DNA of 64,000 bases. Source: a virus. Under the pieces are notes generated by a model, which saw only the letters and a program-made list of their open reading frames with translations, had not been told where the DNA came from and did no database searches. A program made the position numbers and the translations under genes. Below are positions 34,605 to 43,076 of the stretch, in pieces. The stretch is from IMG/VR virus record IMGVR_UViG_3300024346_000012. One strand, 5' to 3'. Position 1 is the first letter of the stretch, and each line of letters opens with the position of its first letter.

Positions 34605-37186
34605 TACATAAAAAATTCTTCTAAGGTTGCAACAGGTTCAGGTTTCCAATCGACCGCATCTAGAATAGGTAGAAGAGGGTCAATGAATGTCTTCTGAAAC
34701 ATTATACCATAGTCTACATACTTATGTAAACCAATTTCTTTTGGTAAAACGCCTGGAAACGAAATAACATTTTCTTTTATAGGGTTAGGGAGTTTAAGAT
34801 ACAAAAACTTGATCTTTTCTCCAGTTTTAACTAACTCATATCTTTTATCTAGCTTATAGTCTTTGACAGTTTTATTGTACAAAATAGAACCTCGTACATG
34901 GATAGGAGTACCTTTAGCATATATGGTACGCCTATCTTTCCACTTGTCAAGTTGAGTTACGCCACGAGGAAACGCTACCTTTTCAGGATCTAAAGAGCTA
35001 AACTCGTTTTTAAAGTCAGATATAAATTTCTGTGTAGTTCTTTCGTCACTATTTATAATTACCTTAAATATTTCTTTAAACTTATCGCGTACAACCTCAG
35101 GAGTAGAAGACTTAATAGCTTCGATACCCATCATCTTAAGTTTAGGCTCAGCAAACTGCACGCCTTCAGAATTGTGTACATTTAGAATATACCTTTTCTT
35201 AGCCGTCCAGATGCCACGATCTGCAATAACTTCACGAGCCATTTCCATACGAGGTATATAGCCATTCATAACAAAGAAGAACTGGTCGTAGGATTTTGCC
35301 ATGACTGGTTCAAAATGGTCTTTACATATTTTGTCTAAGAATTTGACAGGATCTTTTGGTTCGAACTTCTTAACAAGGGGACCCATATTGACATAGATTG
35401 AATCAGTATCAATAGCGACTATATAATCCTTATTTGCTTGTGTGATATCGTTCATAGCTTTGTTCATACACTGCTCAGCCCACTTGATAACAGTCTGGCC
35501 AGTAAGTGTAACAGATTCTGCTAGAGCGTTATCGAAGTACTTAAAGTACTTGTTAGCAAGAGCGCCATATAAAGAGTTAAGTAAGATTTTAATAGCCATC
35601 TGGTTATTTTCAAGCTGATTGATCTTAGACTCTAGTTTTTTATCTTTAGTTTTTTCATATTCAGATTGAGTGGCAAGCATTTCTTTTTTAATAGTGCTTC
35701 TTTCTGCATAATAATCTACAATCAACTCTGGAATAATACCCTGTTTAGAGCGCTCAAACGGTACACCAGAAGCACACACGGCATACTTGTCGTCTATAGT
35801 TGTAGATCTATCATGCTTGGAAAGATAGTAATCAACTCCTTGTGGGAACCGAATAGTGTGATCTCTACATATAGTTTCTGGTGATATATTATGTTGAACA
35901 ATTATATTAGGATATAGAGAGTTAAGGTCGAATGATACAACCCAGTCATGAGATCCGACATGAGGATCTTTTACGTAACCACCAGCAATTGCATGCGACT
36001 TACCTTTTTCTCTGGCTTCAGAACCAGGCTTTGCTACTGAAGTTTCTGTAGCACCAACTATTGCATATGGTACCTTTTGAATTTGTTTAGCTGGACATAT
36101 CACATTGTTATTAAGTAGTCTGCGATAAATGATAGACTCCCATATGCCAACAACACCAAATGTATCGCTCACGTTTACACCACCACGATATGCCATAGTT
36201 AAGGCAAGAGAGATAAGACCCATCTTTTGGTCAATGCGATCTACGAGTTGAACATCTTTAATGTTATAGTCAATAAACTTTTGATGATCTTCTTTATATA
36301 GAGTATAAAGATTACCATGCTCTTCGTACGATAACTTCTTTTCACCAAGGACTGTATAAGCAATGTGGTCAAGCTTAAAGGATTCTTGATTGCCGTATGA
36401 GTAACCAAACTTTTTAAATAGTTCAAGGTAATCTGCCTGCTGAATACCTACTAACTCAAAGGCCAAAAGCTCACGATTTAGAGATTTAACAGTGCGTTCA
36501 TTTACTGAACCCCAAGGTGAGAGTCTTTTCATAGCAGCTTCGGAGCCAAGCATAGAAATGCGGTTTACTATATAAGGGATATCAAAGAAGCGTGAATTCC
36601 AACCAGTAATAACATCTGGATAGTTTTTAGTCCAATATCCTAAAAATTTGGCAAGCAGATCTTCTTCTGAATTGCAATGATGGTATTGAATTAAATCTCC
36701 ATGCATATCAATTTCGGTTTTAGAAGAGTCATAAGTATCTAAACCCCACACTTGGTAAACAGAAGACTTACTTGACTTAAGTGCTATAGAAATAATAGGG
36801 TATGCAGCTTCTTCAGGTGTAGGAAATCCATTATCAGATGCAACCTCGATATCAAAGTTAACGACATTCACATCGCTAATGTTAAATTTTATATCTTTTG
36901 GAAACTTGTCAGTAATAAATTGGTGAATATAATTGGTGGTGCCATGTACAGCAAAATTAGGTACGCCTTCATATTTTTCTGCGAATTCCTTTGCCTCGCG
37001 CATAGAATCAAATTGTATGGGTTGTAATGGTTTACCAAATAAAGAATGGTATCTAGAATCTTCTCTGGATTCCATATACAATGTAGGTTTAAATTTGTAT
37101 TTTTGAGATATTGCTGCTCCGCTATCGTTATAGCCTCGGTACAATATTGAATTACCGTATCTGTTTACGGATGTATAAAAAGCCAT
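34604..37186 (-). CDS. 43: Family B DNA polymerase
   Basis: FDIEV exonuclease motif, [23 protein letters not shown] and KKRY; C-terminal ATLEEFFM; start MAFYTSV. Confidence 0.97.
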   Translation of the reverse strand: MAFYTSVNRYGNSILYRGYNDSGAAISQKYKFKPTLYMESREDSRYHSLFGKPLQPIQFDSMREAKEFAEKYEGVPNFAVHGTTNYIHQFITDKFPKDIKFNISDVNVVNFDIEVASDNGFPTPEEAAYPIISIALKSSKSSVYQVWGLDTYDSSKTEIDMHGDLIQYHHCNSEEDLLAKFLGYWTKNYPDVITGWNSRFFDIPYIVNRISMLGSEAAMKRLSPWGSVNERTVKSLNRELLAFELVGIQQADYLELFKKFGYSYGNQESFKLDHIAYTVLGEKKLSYEEHGNLYTLYKEDHQKFIDYNIKDVQLVDRIDQKMGLISLALTMAYRGGVNVSDTFGVVGIWESIIYRRLLNNNVICPAKQIQKVPYAIVGATETSVAKPGSEAREKGKSHAIAGGYVKDPHVGSHDWVVSFDLNSLYPNIIVQHNISPETICRDHTIRFPQGVDYYLSKHDRSTTIDDKYAVCASGVPFERSKQGIIPELIVDYYAERSTIKKEMLATQSEYEKTKDKKLESKINQLENNQMAIKILLNSLYGALANKYFKYFDNALAESVTLTGQTVIKWAEQCMNKAMNDITQANKDYIVAIDTDSIYVNMGPLVKKFEPKDPVKFLDKICKDHFEPVMAKSYDQFFFVMNGYIPRMEMAREVIADRGIWTAKKRYILNVHNSEGVQFAEPKLKMMGIEAIKSSTPEVVRDKFKEIFKVIINSDERTTQKFISDFKNEFSSLDPEKVAFPRGVTQLDKWKDRRTIYAKGTPIHVRGSILYNKTVKDYKLDKRYELVKTGEKIKFLYLKLPNPIKENVISFPGVLPKEIGLHKYVDYGIMFQKTFIDPLLPILDAVDWKPEPVATLEEFFM

Positions 37187-37208
37187 GGGTTCTCCTATCA
37201 ACAATACC

Positions 37209-37237
37209 ATTCTAACACGAAAAAGGGGAGTTGTAAA
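37209..37237 (-). promoter_or_regulatory. Promoter TTTACA-N17-TAGAAT for gp43
   Basis: Promoter family match; overlaps a terminator hairpin. Confidence 0.7.
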
Positions 37238-37248
37238 CCCCCCTTTTT
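37220..37248 (-). terminator. Intrinsic terminator (possibly bidirectional)
   Basis: AAAAAGGGGGG-TTTACAA-CTCCCCTTTTT. Confidence 0.7.
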
Positions 37249-37282
37249 AAAAATCTTTACTTTAGCTGTTATATCTTGGCTA

Positions 37283-37462
37283 TCATGAAGATCTGGTCCG
37301 ATAGTACGAACGATATATCTCGGTCAGCTCTTGTTGATCAGTAGATTCTTGTACAATATAATCTTCTTTATCTACTCTATGACCGTCTGCAATAGACATA
37401 GCGTCTTCTAAACGCGATGCTATAGCCAATATCTCTCCATCTTTTTTTCTGACTATATGCAC
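37283..37462 (-). CDS. 59-aa hypothetical protein (not in ORF track)
   Basis: GTG start overlapping the upstream TAG; VHIVRKKDGEILAIASRLEDA... Confidence 0.5.
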   Translation of the reverse strand: MHIVRKKDGEILAIASRLEDAMSIADGHRVDKEDYIVQESTDQQELTEIYRSYYRTRSS

Positions 37463-37620
37463 TATTCTAAACCTATACAGGGAATAAGAATAGACTGCTT
37501 GCAGTTATCTGGATAAGCAATGGCTGAGCCGAGTATAGGCAGACCTACCATACCAATGATAATAATTAAAAAGGCCCAACCTAGACCTTTTGTGGTGCAA
37601 TAGTTTGTTTGCTCACTCAT
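37462..37620 (-). CDS. 52-aa single-TM protein (not in ORF track)
   Basis: MSEQTNYCTTKGLGWAFLIIIIGMVGLPILGSAIAYPDNCKQSILIPCIGLE. Confidence 0.65.
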   Translation of the reverse strand: MSEQTNYCTTKGLGWAFLIIIIGMVGLPILGSAIAYPDNCKQSILIPCIGLE

Positions 37621-37621
37621 A

Positions 37622-37858
37622 TTAACGCTCCGCCAGTACTATAGTACTTTGAGAATCATGATAGTCCCCGCTTTCATAGTAGTCTCGGAATGCCATTTCC
37701 TTTATCATCGTACCATCTTTTACACGATACGTTACGATTTCCCTGCGAACAACATTCTTGATGTCTGCATCAAATGCAGATTTAAAAGGTCCTTCATCAC
37801 TCATTTTTATAAAGTCTCCAGCACTAGTAAATTTCAAGTCTTGCATATCATTATTCAT
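37622..37858 (-). CDS. Hypothetical protein
   Basis: Likely start MNNDMQDL; EGPFKSAF and DYHDS motifs. Confidence 0.55.
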   Translation of the reverse strand: MNNDMQDLKFTSAGDFIKMSDEGPFKSAFDADIKNVVRREIVTYRVKDGTMIKEMAFRDYYESGDYHDSQSTIVLAER

Positions 37859-38147
37859 GTTCGCCGCCATCACCTCTGCCGCTATAGCTACCAAATACAT
37901 TTGGTTTACGATTAGCAGTTTCAAATGTTGCTACCGTAATAGCAACAGCGCCCAATAGCAATGTATGTAACATCATACTGAATACTCCAGCCCACATGCT
38001 TCCTACAATAATTGCGAATACGATACACCACATCCATGCAAGAACTTGCATAATCATGTGGCGAGTGCTAAAATCTGGAATATTGCTTAAAGGATTTTTT
38101 TCATGGTCCATTACTACATTCCAGCAGTTAATAACAAAAGCTCTCAT
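37851..38147 (-). CDS. Small two-TM membrane protein
   Basis: NPLSNIPD and QVLAWMWCIVF motifs; ends GGEHE. Confidence 0.7.
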   Translation of the reverse strand: MRAFVINCWNVVMDHEKNPLSNIPDFSTRHMIMQVLAWMWCIVFAIIVGSMWAGVFSMMLHTLLLGAVAITVATFETANRKPNVFGSYSGRGDGGEHE

Positions 38148-38359
38148 TATTTTTTATCCGATACAAAAGAATACATTTCCTTTGCTTTTTCTTGAAGTTC
38201 TTCCATAGTATACATTGCTGGGACTTCTTCAATAGTTTTCTTACCAGCTTCTACCATTTGGGCAAACAAAGCTGTATTTAATTCTACTTGTTTATCCATG
38301 TAGTCTTTTGCCATAGCAAGAATGTCTGCACGGATTTCGAATGGATTTTTATTAGTCAT
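38147..38359 (-). CDS. Small helical hypothetical protein
   Basis: KNPFEIRADILAMAKD and AKEMYSFVS motifs; AGGAG RBS. Confidence 0.7.
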   Translation of the reverse strand: MTNKNPFEIRADILAMAKDYMDKQVELNTALFAQMVEAGKKTIEEVPAMYTMEELQEKAKEMYSFVSDKK

Positions 38360-38432
38360 AATAGACTCCTATATGTTGTGTGTGTGACTAAGAGGGCGAT
38401 CTCCCGCCCTCTAGCTTTTTAAAGCATTCTCA

Positions 38433-38582
38433 TTATAATGAGGTATTTATAATACATTCGCTTGACTGACTATATGTATCGAATACTGCATAAAATCCTA
38501 TCAGTATGCAAACAACAGTTAGTGTCGACATTACTATAAAAGAAGCTAGTCCAAGCTTCTCTACCAACTCTGATGCTACCAT
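38433..38582 (-). CDS. 49-aa single-TM peptide coupled to the atpE-like gene (not in ORF track)
   Basis: [49 protein letters not shown]; TAATG overlap. Confidence 0.55.
   Translation of the reverse strand: MVASELVEKLGLASFIVMSTLTVVCILIGFYAVFDTYSQSSECIINTSL
38444..38451 (-). promoter_or_regulatory. T4-type late promoter TATAAATA
   Basis: Exact consensus upstream of the structured leader of the 38359 gene. Confidence 0.65.
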
Positions 38583-38803
38583 TATACGGCAAACATTAAT
38601 AGAAGTGAAATAAGAAATGCAAAGATTCCTAATGCTTCTGCAAATGCTATACCGACAAACATCGTTGAATTGTCAGCTTTTTTAGGCATGTGCTTTAATA
38701 CACTACCTACTACCATCGAAACTCCAATAGCCGCTCCGCCCATTGCAAAAGTTGCTAGGCCAGCGCCTATATATGCGCCCATTGTTGCAATATCACCGGT
38801 CAT
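38582..38803 (-). CDS. atpE: F0F1 ATP synthase subunit c homologue with divergent loop
   Basis: IGAGLA-x3-MGGAAIGV helix 1; [14 protein letters not shown] with the ion-binding Glu; ends LLLMFAV. Confidence 0.9.
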   Translation of the reverse strand: MTGDIATMGAYIGAGLATFAMGGAAIGVSMVVGSVLKHMPKKADNSTMFVGIAFAEALGIFAFLISLLLMFAV

Positions 38804-38972
38804 CGTGTAATTCCCGTATTTGCATCATACAACGTTTGGCTTCCTCGGTGTAACCCATTCTTGCGAGTTCCGCAGCCGCTCTCGAGTATCCCACCGTCTG
38901 GGTGAAACGATCTAGAGAAGACCACAAACCCGACAATGGCGAGAAGACATAGTTTGCTACTAAAGTCGTCAT
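38793..38972 (-). CDS. Small Rhodobacteraceae-like hypothetical protein
   Basis: [19 protein letters not shown] motif. Confidence 0.6.
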   Translation of the reverse strand: MTTLVANYVFSPLSGLWSSLDRFTQTVGYSRAAAELARMGYTEEAKRCMMQIRELHDDR

Positions 38973-39226
38973 TAGACCCATCCTCGCAAATTTTTGTTTG
39001 CTTTGACGTGTGATATTGACGATTTTAATCGAGCAACATCATAGATGTCACCTCGACATAGACCAATGTCTGCTAAGTCATAGTCAGATAGGTTGCCTAA
39101 AGCTTTTTCAGTTTCACGAATTGCTTTACGTTCAATCCGATTATTGTAAACACTTTTCAGCGTTTCAATGATTAGTTCAAGTGCTTTCGTTGAGTAGCTG
39201 TGCGCTACTAGTATTGCTTGTGTCAT
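38972..39226 (-). CDS. DUF1127 family small protein
   Basis: TEKALGNLSDYDLADIGLCRGDI signature; start MTQAIL after GAGG RBS. Confidence 0.85.
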   Translation of the reverse strand: MTQAILVAHSYSTKALELIIETLKSVYNNRIERKAIRETEKALGNLSDYDLADIGLCRGDIYDVARLKSSISHVKANKNLRGWV

Positions 39227-39647
39227 TTTGTTTCCTCGTTTGACCAATATTGATTTTACGAGGACGCATTTCTTCTGGAATGACATACTGCAATTCAATT
39301 GCCAGAATACCATCCTGAATATCTGCTCCGTTTACATTTACATGTTCGGACAGCCTAAAGGTTCGTTTAAATTTCTTTGTCGAAATGCCACGATGGATAA
39401 ACTCTCTACCTTTAGAGACGTGCTCTCCCTTTACTGTTAAAGTCCTGTCTTTGACTTCAATATTAATTTCATCCTTTGAAAACCCCGCAATAGCAAGTTC
39501 AATCAGATAATCAGATTCTGATGTCTTAATAATGTTATGTGGGGGATAGTGGTCTTGAGCATGTTTTGCAGTGAACTCTAGTTCATTAAACAAATGGTCA
39601 AAACCAACAAAAGATGAACGCGGGAAAAGTGTTTGTAAGCCTGTCAT
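39177..39647 (-). CDS. hsp20: Small heat-shock protein Hsp20 (IbpA-like)
   Basis: VGFD, YPPHNI, IELAIAGF, HRGIS, DGIL and PEEMRPRKINI motifs. Confidence 0.95.
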   Translation of the reverse strand: MTGLQTLFPRSSFVGFDHLFNELEFTAKHAQDHYPPHNIIKTSESDYLIELAIAGFSKDEINIEVKDRTLTVKGEHVSKGREFIHRGISTKKFKRTFRLSEHVNVNGADIQDGILAIELQYVIPEEMRPRKINIGQTRKQNDTSNTSSAQLLNEST

Positions 39648-39652
39648 TGTTA

Positions 39653-39702
39653 TCTCCTTTTGAGCAAGCAAGATTAAAAATGGACCCAGTTAACTGGCAT
39701 CC
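39653..39702 (-). promoter_or_regulatory. ROSE-like RNA thermometer in the hsp20 leader
   Basis: UCUUGCUU pairs with the SD AAGGAGA with a bulged G; upstream hairpin GGATGCCAG-TTAA-CTGGGTCC. Confidence 0.75.
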
Positions 39703-39707
39703 GTAGT

Positions 39708-39750
39708 TATTTATATATCTATTATATAATACTTTTATGCAAAATGTACA
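39708..39750 (-). promoter_or_regulatory. Tandem promoters: TGTACA-N18-TATAAT and late TATAAATA
   Basis: Boxes at 39745-39750, 39721-39726 and 39708-39715. Confidence 0.65.
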
Positions 39751-39767
39751 TAGCCAATATGTATTTT

Positions 39768-40040
39768 TTACACTTCTAAGTCAATTAATTGACCCTGTGG
39801 AATTGGGCTCGGATCTACCGAGCCACTGCCGTTATATCGGAGAGCAGCTTGCTCTCTTAGAGTTTGAATTTCTTCAGCTCTGGCTATAACTTCTTTGCGG
39901 CTGTTAATTCTAATTTCAGCCCGCGTGGCTGCTTCAACCACGCGGAGCCTTTCTTTTTTTAGATGCGCATCAATGTTTTCTGAATTCGGATATACTGGCA
40001 CGTATGGTACAAATTTAGAATTTGATACTGCGCTTGTCAT
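39768..40040 (-). CDS. Hypothetical protein ending GQLIDLEV
   Basis: ATGA overlap with regA. Confidence 0.6.
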   Translation of the reverse strand: MTSAVSNSKFVPYVPVYPNSENIDAHLKKERLRVVEAATRAEIRINSRKEVIARAEEIQTLREQAALRYNGSGSVDPSPIPQGQLIDLEV

Positions 40041-40450
40041 TGAGACCTATTTCCTATATTATATTTAGGACAAAGCTCCCAGTTATTCTTTTCTTTAAAT
40101 GGGATTATTTTAATAAGCCTTAAAGGAGCACAATCTAGTTCTCTCTTTGTTTCGAACTCAATTAATCCCCAATCACTTAGTAGTTGTGCAATCGTATTAC
40201 GTCTTTGTATATCGCTTTTTTCTAAATTAGCTTTCTTACCGTCAAGCAAAAATAGCTCTTTAAAATGTACTATGAAGTATCTACCTTGCTTATGTAATAT
40301 ATGACATGATTGAAATAGTTTCTTATCTTTACGTGAAGCCACTCCAATACGAGTAAGTGTTTCTCTCACCTTTAAGAAATCATCTGGTTCGTTTAAATGG
40401 ATCTCGAACATATCAGTCGGGCTCCATTCTATTAAATTACTTTCTTCCAC
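40037..40450 (-). CDS. regA: Translational repressor RegA
   Basis: DDFLKVRETLTRIG and QSCHILHKQGRYFIVHFKELF motifs. Confidence 0.95.
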   Translation of the reverse strand: MEESNLIEWSPTDMFEIHLNEPDDFLKVRETLTRIGVASRKDKKLFQSCHILHKQGRYFIVHFKELFLLDGKKANLEKSDIQRRNTIAQLLSDWGLIEFETKRELDCAPLRLIKIIPFKEKNNWELCPKYNIGNRSQ

Positions 40451-40814
40451 CTTTGCTCACCTTCTTTTTTATTACAGTTATCTGCTCTGGTGATAGGAGA
40501 GGTAAAACTTGTCTAGCTTTTTCATTGCTGTATGCATAGTACTCTTTAACCGCTTCAATATCACTGTGTGTTTCAGGTTTTATCCATTTAGAAAAACGCT
40601 TGCGTTTTCTGATTGTATTTATAAGAAAGTGATATTGCAGTTTTTTGTCGATATGGTGGTATTGGTTTACCACATTAGCCAGACCAACAGTGTCATTAAA
40701 ATAAGAAAGACTACGATTAACAATATAAGAGTTGTATCCTCGCTCATCTATATCGTCCTCCATTATGTCTTTTTTTGTAAAGTTAATACTATTTAAATAA
40801 TCAAACGGGTTCAT
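40437..40814 (-). CDS. 62: Clamp loader small subunit
   Basis: PFDYLNSI, NRSLSYF, RKRKRFSKW and YYAYSNEKA motifs. Confidence 0.9.
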   Translation of the reverse strand: MNPFDYLNSINFTKKDIMEDDIDERGYNSYIVNRSLSYFNDTVGLANVVNQYHHIDKKLQYHFLINTIRKRKRFSKWIKPETHSDIEAVKEYYAYSNEKARQVLPLLSPEQITVIKKKVSKGGRK

Positions 40815-41107
40815 AAGGATCCTTCAATACCGCTATCTTGCCAAGGCCAGACAGAAGCTTTTTCTTCATCAATAAGAGTTTTTAGTTCTTCAGCTGTATA
40901 ATCACGCGTGTTGGGCTTCTTATTAATATGTGTAGACCCGACATATAGCTGAGGCACAGTTTTATGGCCTTCGTAATACAAAAATTCTTTTGCTGCTGGT
41001 CTTTCTTTTATATCGTATGTTTCGTACTCGACTCCAGCTTCATTCAGCATTTCTTTCATAATATCGCAGTACGGACACATAGGTTGTGTGTATAAAAATA
41101 CTTTCAT
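40811..41107 (-). CDS. Glutaredoxin
   Basis: CPYC and TVPQ motifs. Confidence 0.9.
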   Translation of the reverse strand: MKVFLYTQPMCPYCDIMKEMLNEAGVEYETYDIKERPAAKEFLYYEGHKTVPQLYVGSTHINKKPNTRDYTAEELKTLIDEEKASVWPWQDSGIEGSL

Positions 41108-41115
41108 TTATTTTC

Positions 41116-41217
41116 CTAACCTACTAAGCTAATAATAAAATTATGAAGAGCTTTAAACAGTACTGCGTTATCATATATTAACAACCATAATATAACTATT
41201 CCAACAGCAAGTCTCAT
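41116..41217 (-). CDS. 33-aa hydrophobic peptide (not in ORF track)
   Basis: MRLAVGIVILWLLIYDNAVLFKALHNFIISLVG; ATGA overlap with gp44. Confidence 0.45.
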   Translation of the reverse strand: MRLAVGIVILWLLIYDNAVLFKALHNFIISLVG

Positions 41218-42152
41218 TTAAAATTAACCTGAGCCATAATTTCTGTTAGGCATGCTACAATATTTAATTCGTGATCAGCGACAAAAGCATCTTTATATTG
41301 GTAGTCTGCAAGTATTAGCACAAGCTGAGGAATACTTTGCGTTTGTACTGTTTCTTGCATATTGTCATACAGACCTCTAAATATAGAAGAAGTATCAATA
41401 TCCATATGATTTACTACCCACTTACGCATACTTTTAAAATCTTTACCTTTTAAGTACTGCGTAAGATCGTTAAAGTTCCCAGTGTTTGACTCAGTATCAC
41501 TCATAATATTAGATCCGCCGATAGACAGGCGCTGACACTCATTTAAAACTCTACGCCAGTCGGGCGCGTGCTTCATAATAAGTTTTACCAGACCAGGAAC
41601 CTGATAATCAACTGACTCCTGATCTAAAATATATATAAGATTTTTAAGGAATGATTCGCATAACTGAGCTAAATCTTTTTTAGAAGTATTGAATTCATAT
41701 ACTCCACAACGTGAGTGTAGAGGCTCAATAATTCTATTCTTGAAGTTACAAGTTAAGATAAACCGGCAGTTGTTTGAGAACTCTTCAATGAATCCTCGAA
41801 GAGCTGGTTGAGTAGATTGTGGGTTAAGATAATCTGCTTCGTCAAGAATACATACTTTGTATCCGCCCGATAAAGAAACCGTGGATGCAAATTGCTTTAT
41901 TTTCCCTCTGAGAGTGTCGATGTTACCTTCTTCAGACCCGTTAATAAGAATATAATCTAGGCCTAGTTCATTGCATAAGGCTTTGGCTACTGTGGTTTTA
42001 CCTAAACCTGCAGAGCCGGTGAACAACATGTTAGGAAGTTCACCGGTCTCTACAATACTCTGAAACGTTTTCATAAGAGAAGGAGGGAGGATTGTTTCAG
42101 AGATTTTAGTTGGACGATATTTTTCACACCAAAGAAATTGATCTTTGTTCAT
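41214..42152 (-). CDS. 44: Clamp loader AAA+ subunit
   Basis: WCEKYRP, GSAGLGKTT, ILDEAD and PLHSRC motifs. Confidence 0.95.
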   Translation of the reverse strand: MNKDQFLWCEKYRPTKISETILPPSLMKTFQSIVETGELPNMLFTGSAGLGKTTVAKALCNELGLDYILINGSEEGNIDTLRGKIKQFASTVSLSGGYKVCILDEADYLNPQSTQPALRGFIEEFSNNCRFILTCNFKNRIIEPLHSRCGVYEFNTSKKDLAQLCESFLKNLIYILDQESVDYQVPGLVKLIMKHAPDWRRVLNECQRLSIGGSNIMSDTESNTGNFNDLTQYLKGKDFKSMRKWVVNHMDIDTSSIFRGLYDNMQETVQTQSIPQLVLILADYQYKDAFVADHELNIVACLTEIMAQVNFK

Positions 42153-42169
42153 AATATAATAATACCTTT

Positions 42170-42400
42170 TTATTCAGACTCAGCTGCCTGATCTTGTTGG
42201 AATGTTTCACACATCTGGATCATTTGTACACCTTGATCTCGTAACTGACCGAGTGTAGATAGTTCTTCACCCTTTACAGCTCCACGCTGTACCATTGTAT
42301 CAATTACTGCAATAGTTGAACGACAGATACGATTTGCTAGATCGTATGTCGGTGCATGACTTTCATGCGCTAGTTTTACTTTATCTTCTTTAGACATCAT
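42170..42400 (-). CDS. Hypothetical protein
   Basis: IDTMVQRGAVKGEELSTLGQLRD; start near MSKEDK. Confidence 0.6.
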   Translation of the reverse strand: MMSKEDKVKLAHESHAPTYDLANRICRSTIAVIDTMVQRGAVKGEELSTLGQLRDQGVQMIQMCETFQQDQAAESE

Positions 42401-43074
42401 TGTTCTCCATATGTAGATGTTTTTTCGAGAGCAACCCAATAAGTAACATTGGTATTTTGCCCTTTAAATTCTGATATTAGTTTGGATGATACTCTTACAT
42501 CATATGTATCGGTAATCATTTTTAAGTTAGCTATATTTAAAATAAATCTAAAGTCTTCTTCTTTATAACCTCCATCAACTTCAATTGAGTATTCATTGGC
42601 TGTAGCGTTTTCTGGGTCGAATACGGACAGTTTGATGGCTCCACTAGATGGTTCAATACAGAACTGACTAGTTCCAAGAGCAGCTGAAGCTCTTTTTAAG
42701 GAGTTAAGCGTATTTTCATCTAGGGTAAACCATACATCTTCATCGGGCATGTTAATAGGCTTAGTGGGCTGAGTTAGCATCTCAATATCTGCGTAGTAGT
42801 ACCTTAGGTTTTCTCTGCCGCTTTGGCTTTTAATGACCATATGATTTTCTTCAAACTTGACATTTGGGTTATCAACCAATCCTAACACATTTAGAAACTC
42901 TTGTAAATCATAAATTCCTATACAGTTTTCAAATGTTTCGGGTAACTCCGCTTTGGCTAGAATGTTTTTGGCCGGAGATATAGTCATTAAGCTATTTCCG
43001 GGTTTGATTACTATATTACTATTGATTGCAGCGAAGTTCTTAAGAACGCTGACGGTATTTCCACTTATTTCCAT
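42397..43074 (-). CDS. 45: Sliding clamp
   Basis: LKNFAAINSNI, IYDLQEFL and YWVALE motifs. Confidence 0.93.
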   Translation of the reverse strand: MEISGNTVSVLKNFAAINSNIVIKPGNSLMTISPAKNILAKAELPETFENCIGIYDLQEFLNVLGLVDNPNVKFEENHMVIKSQSGRENLRYYYADIEMLTQPTKPINMPDEDVWFTLDENTLNSLKRASAALGTSQFCIEPSSGAIKLSVFDPENATANEYSIEVDGGYKEEDFRFILNIANLKMITDTYDVRVSSKLISEFKGQNTNVTYWVALEKTSTYGEQ

Positions 43075-43076
43075 AA

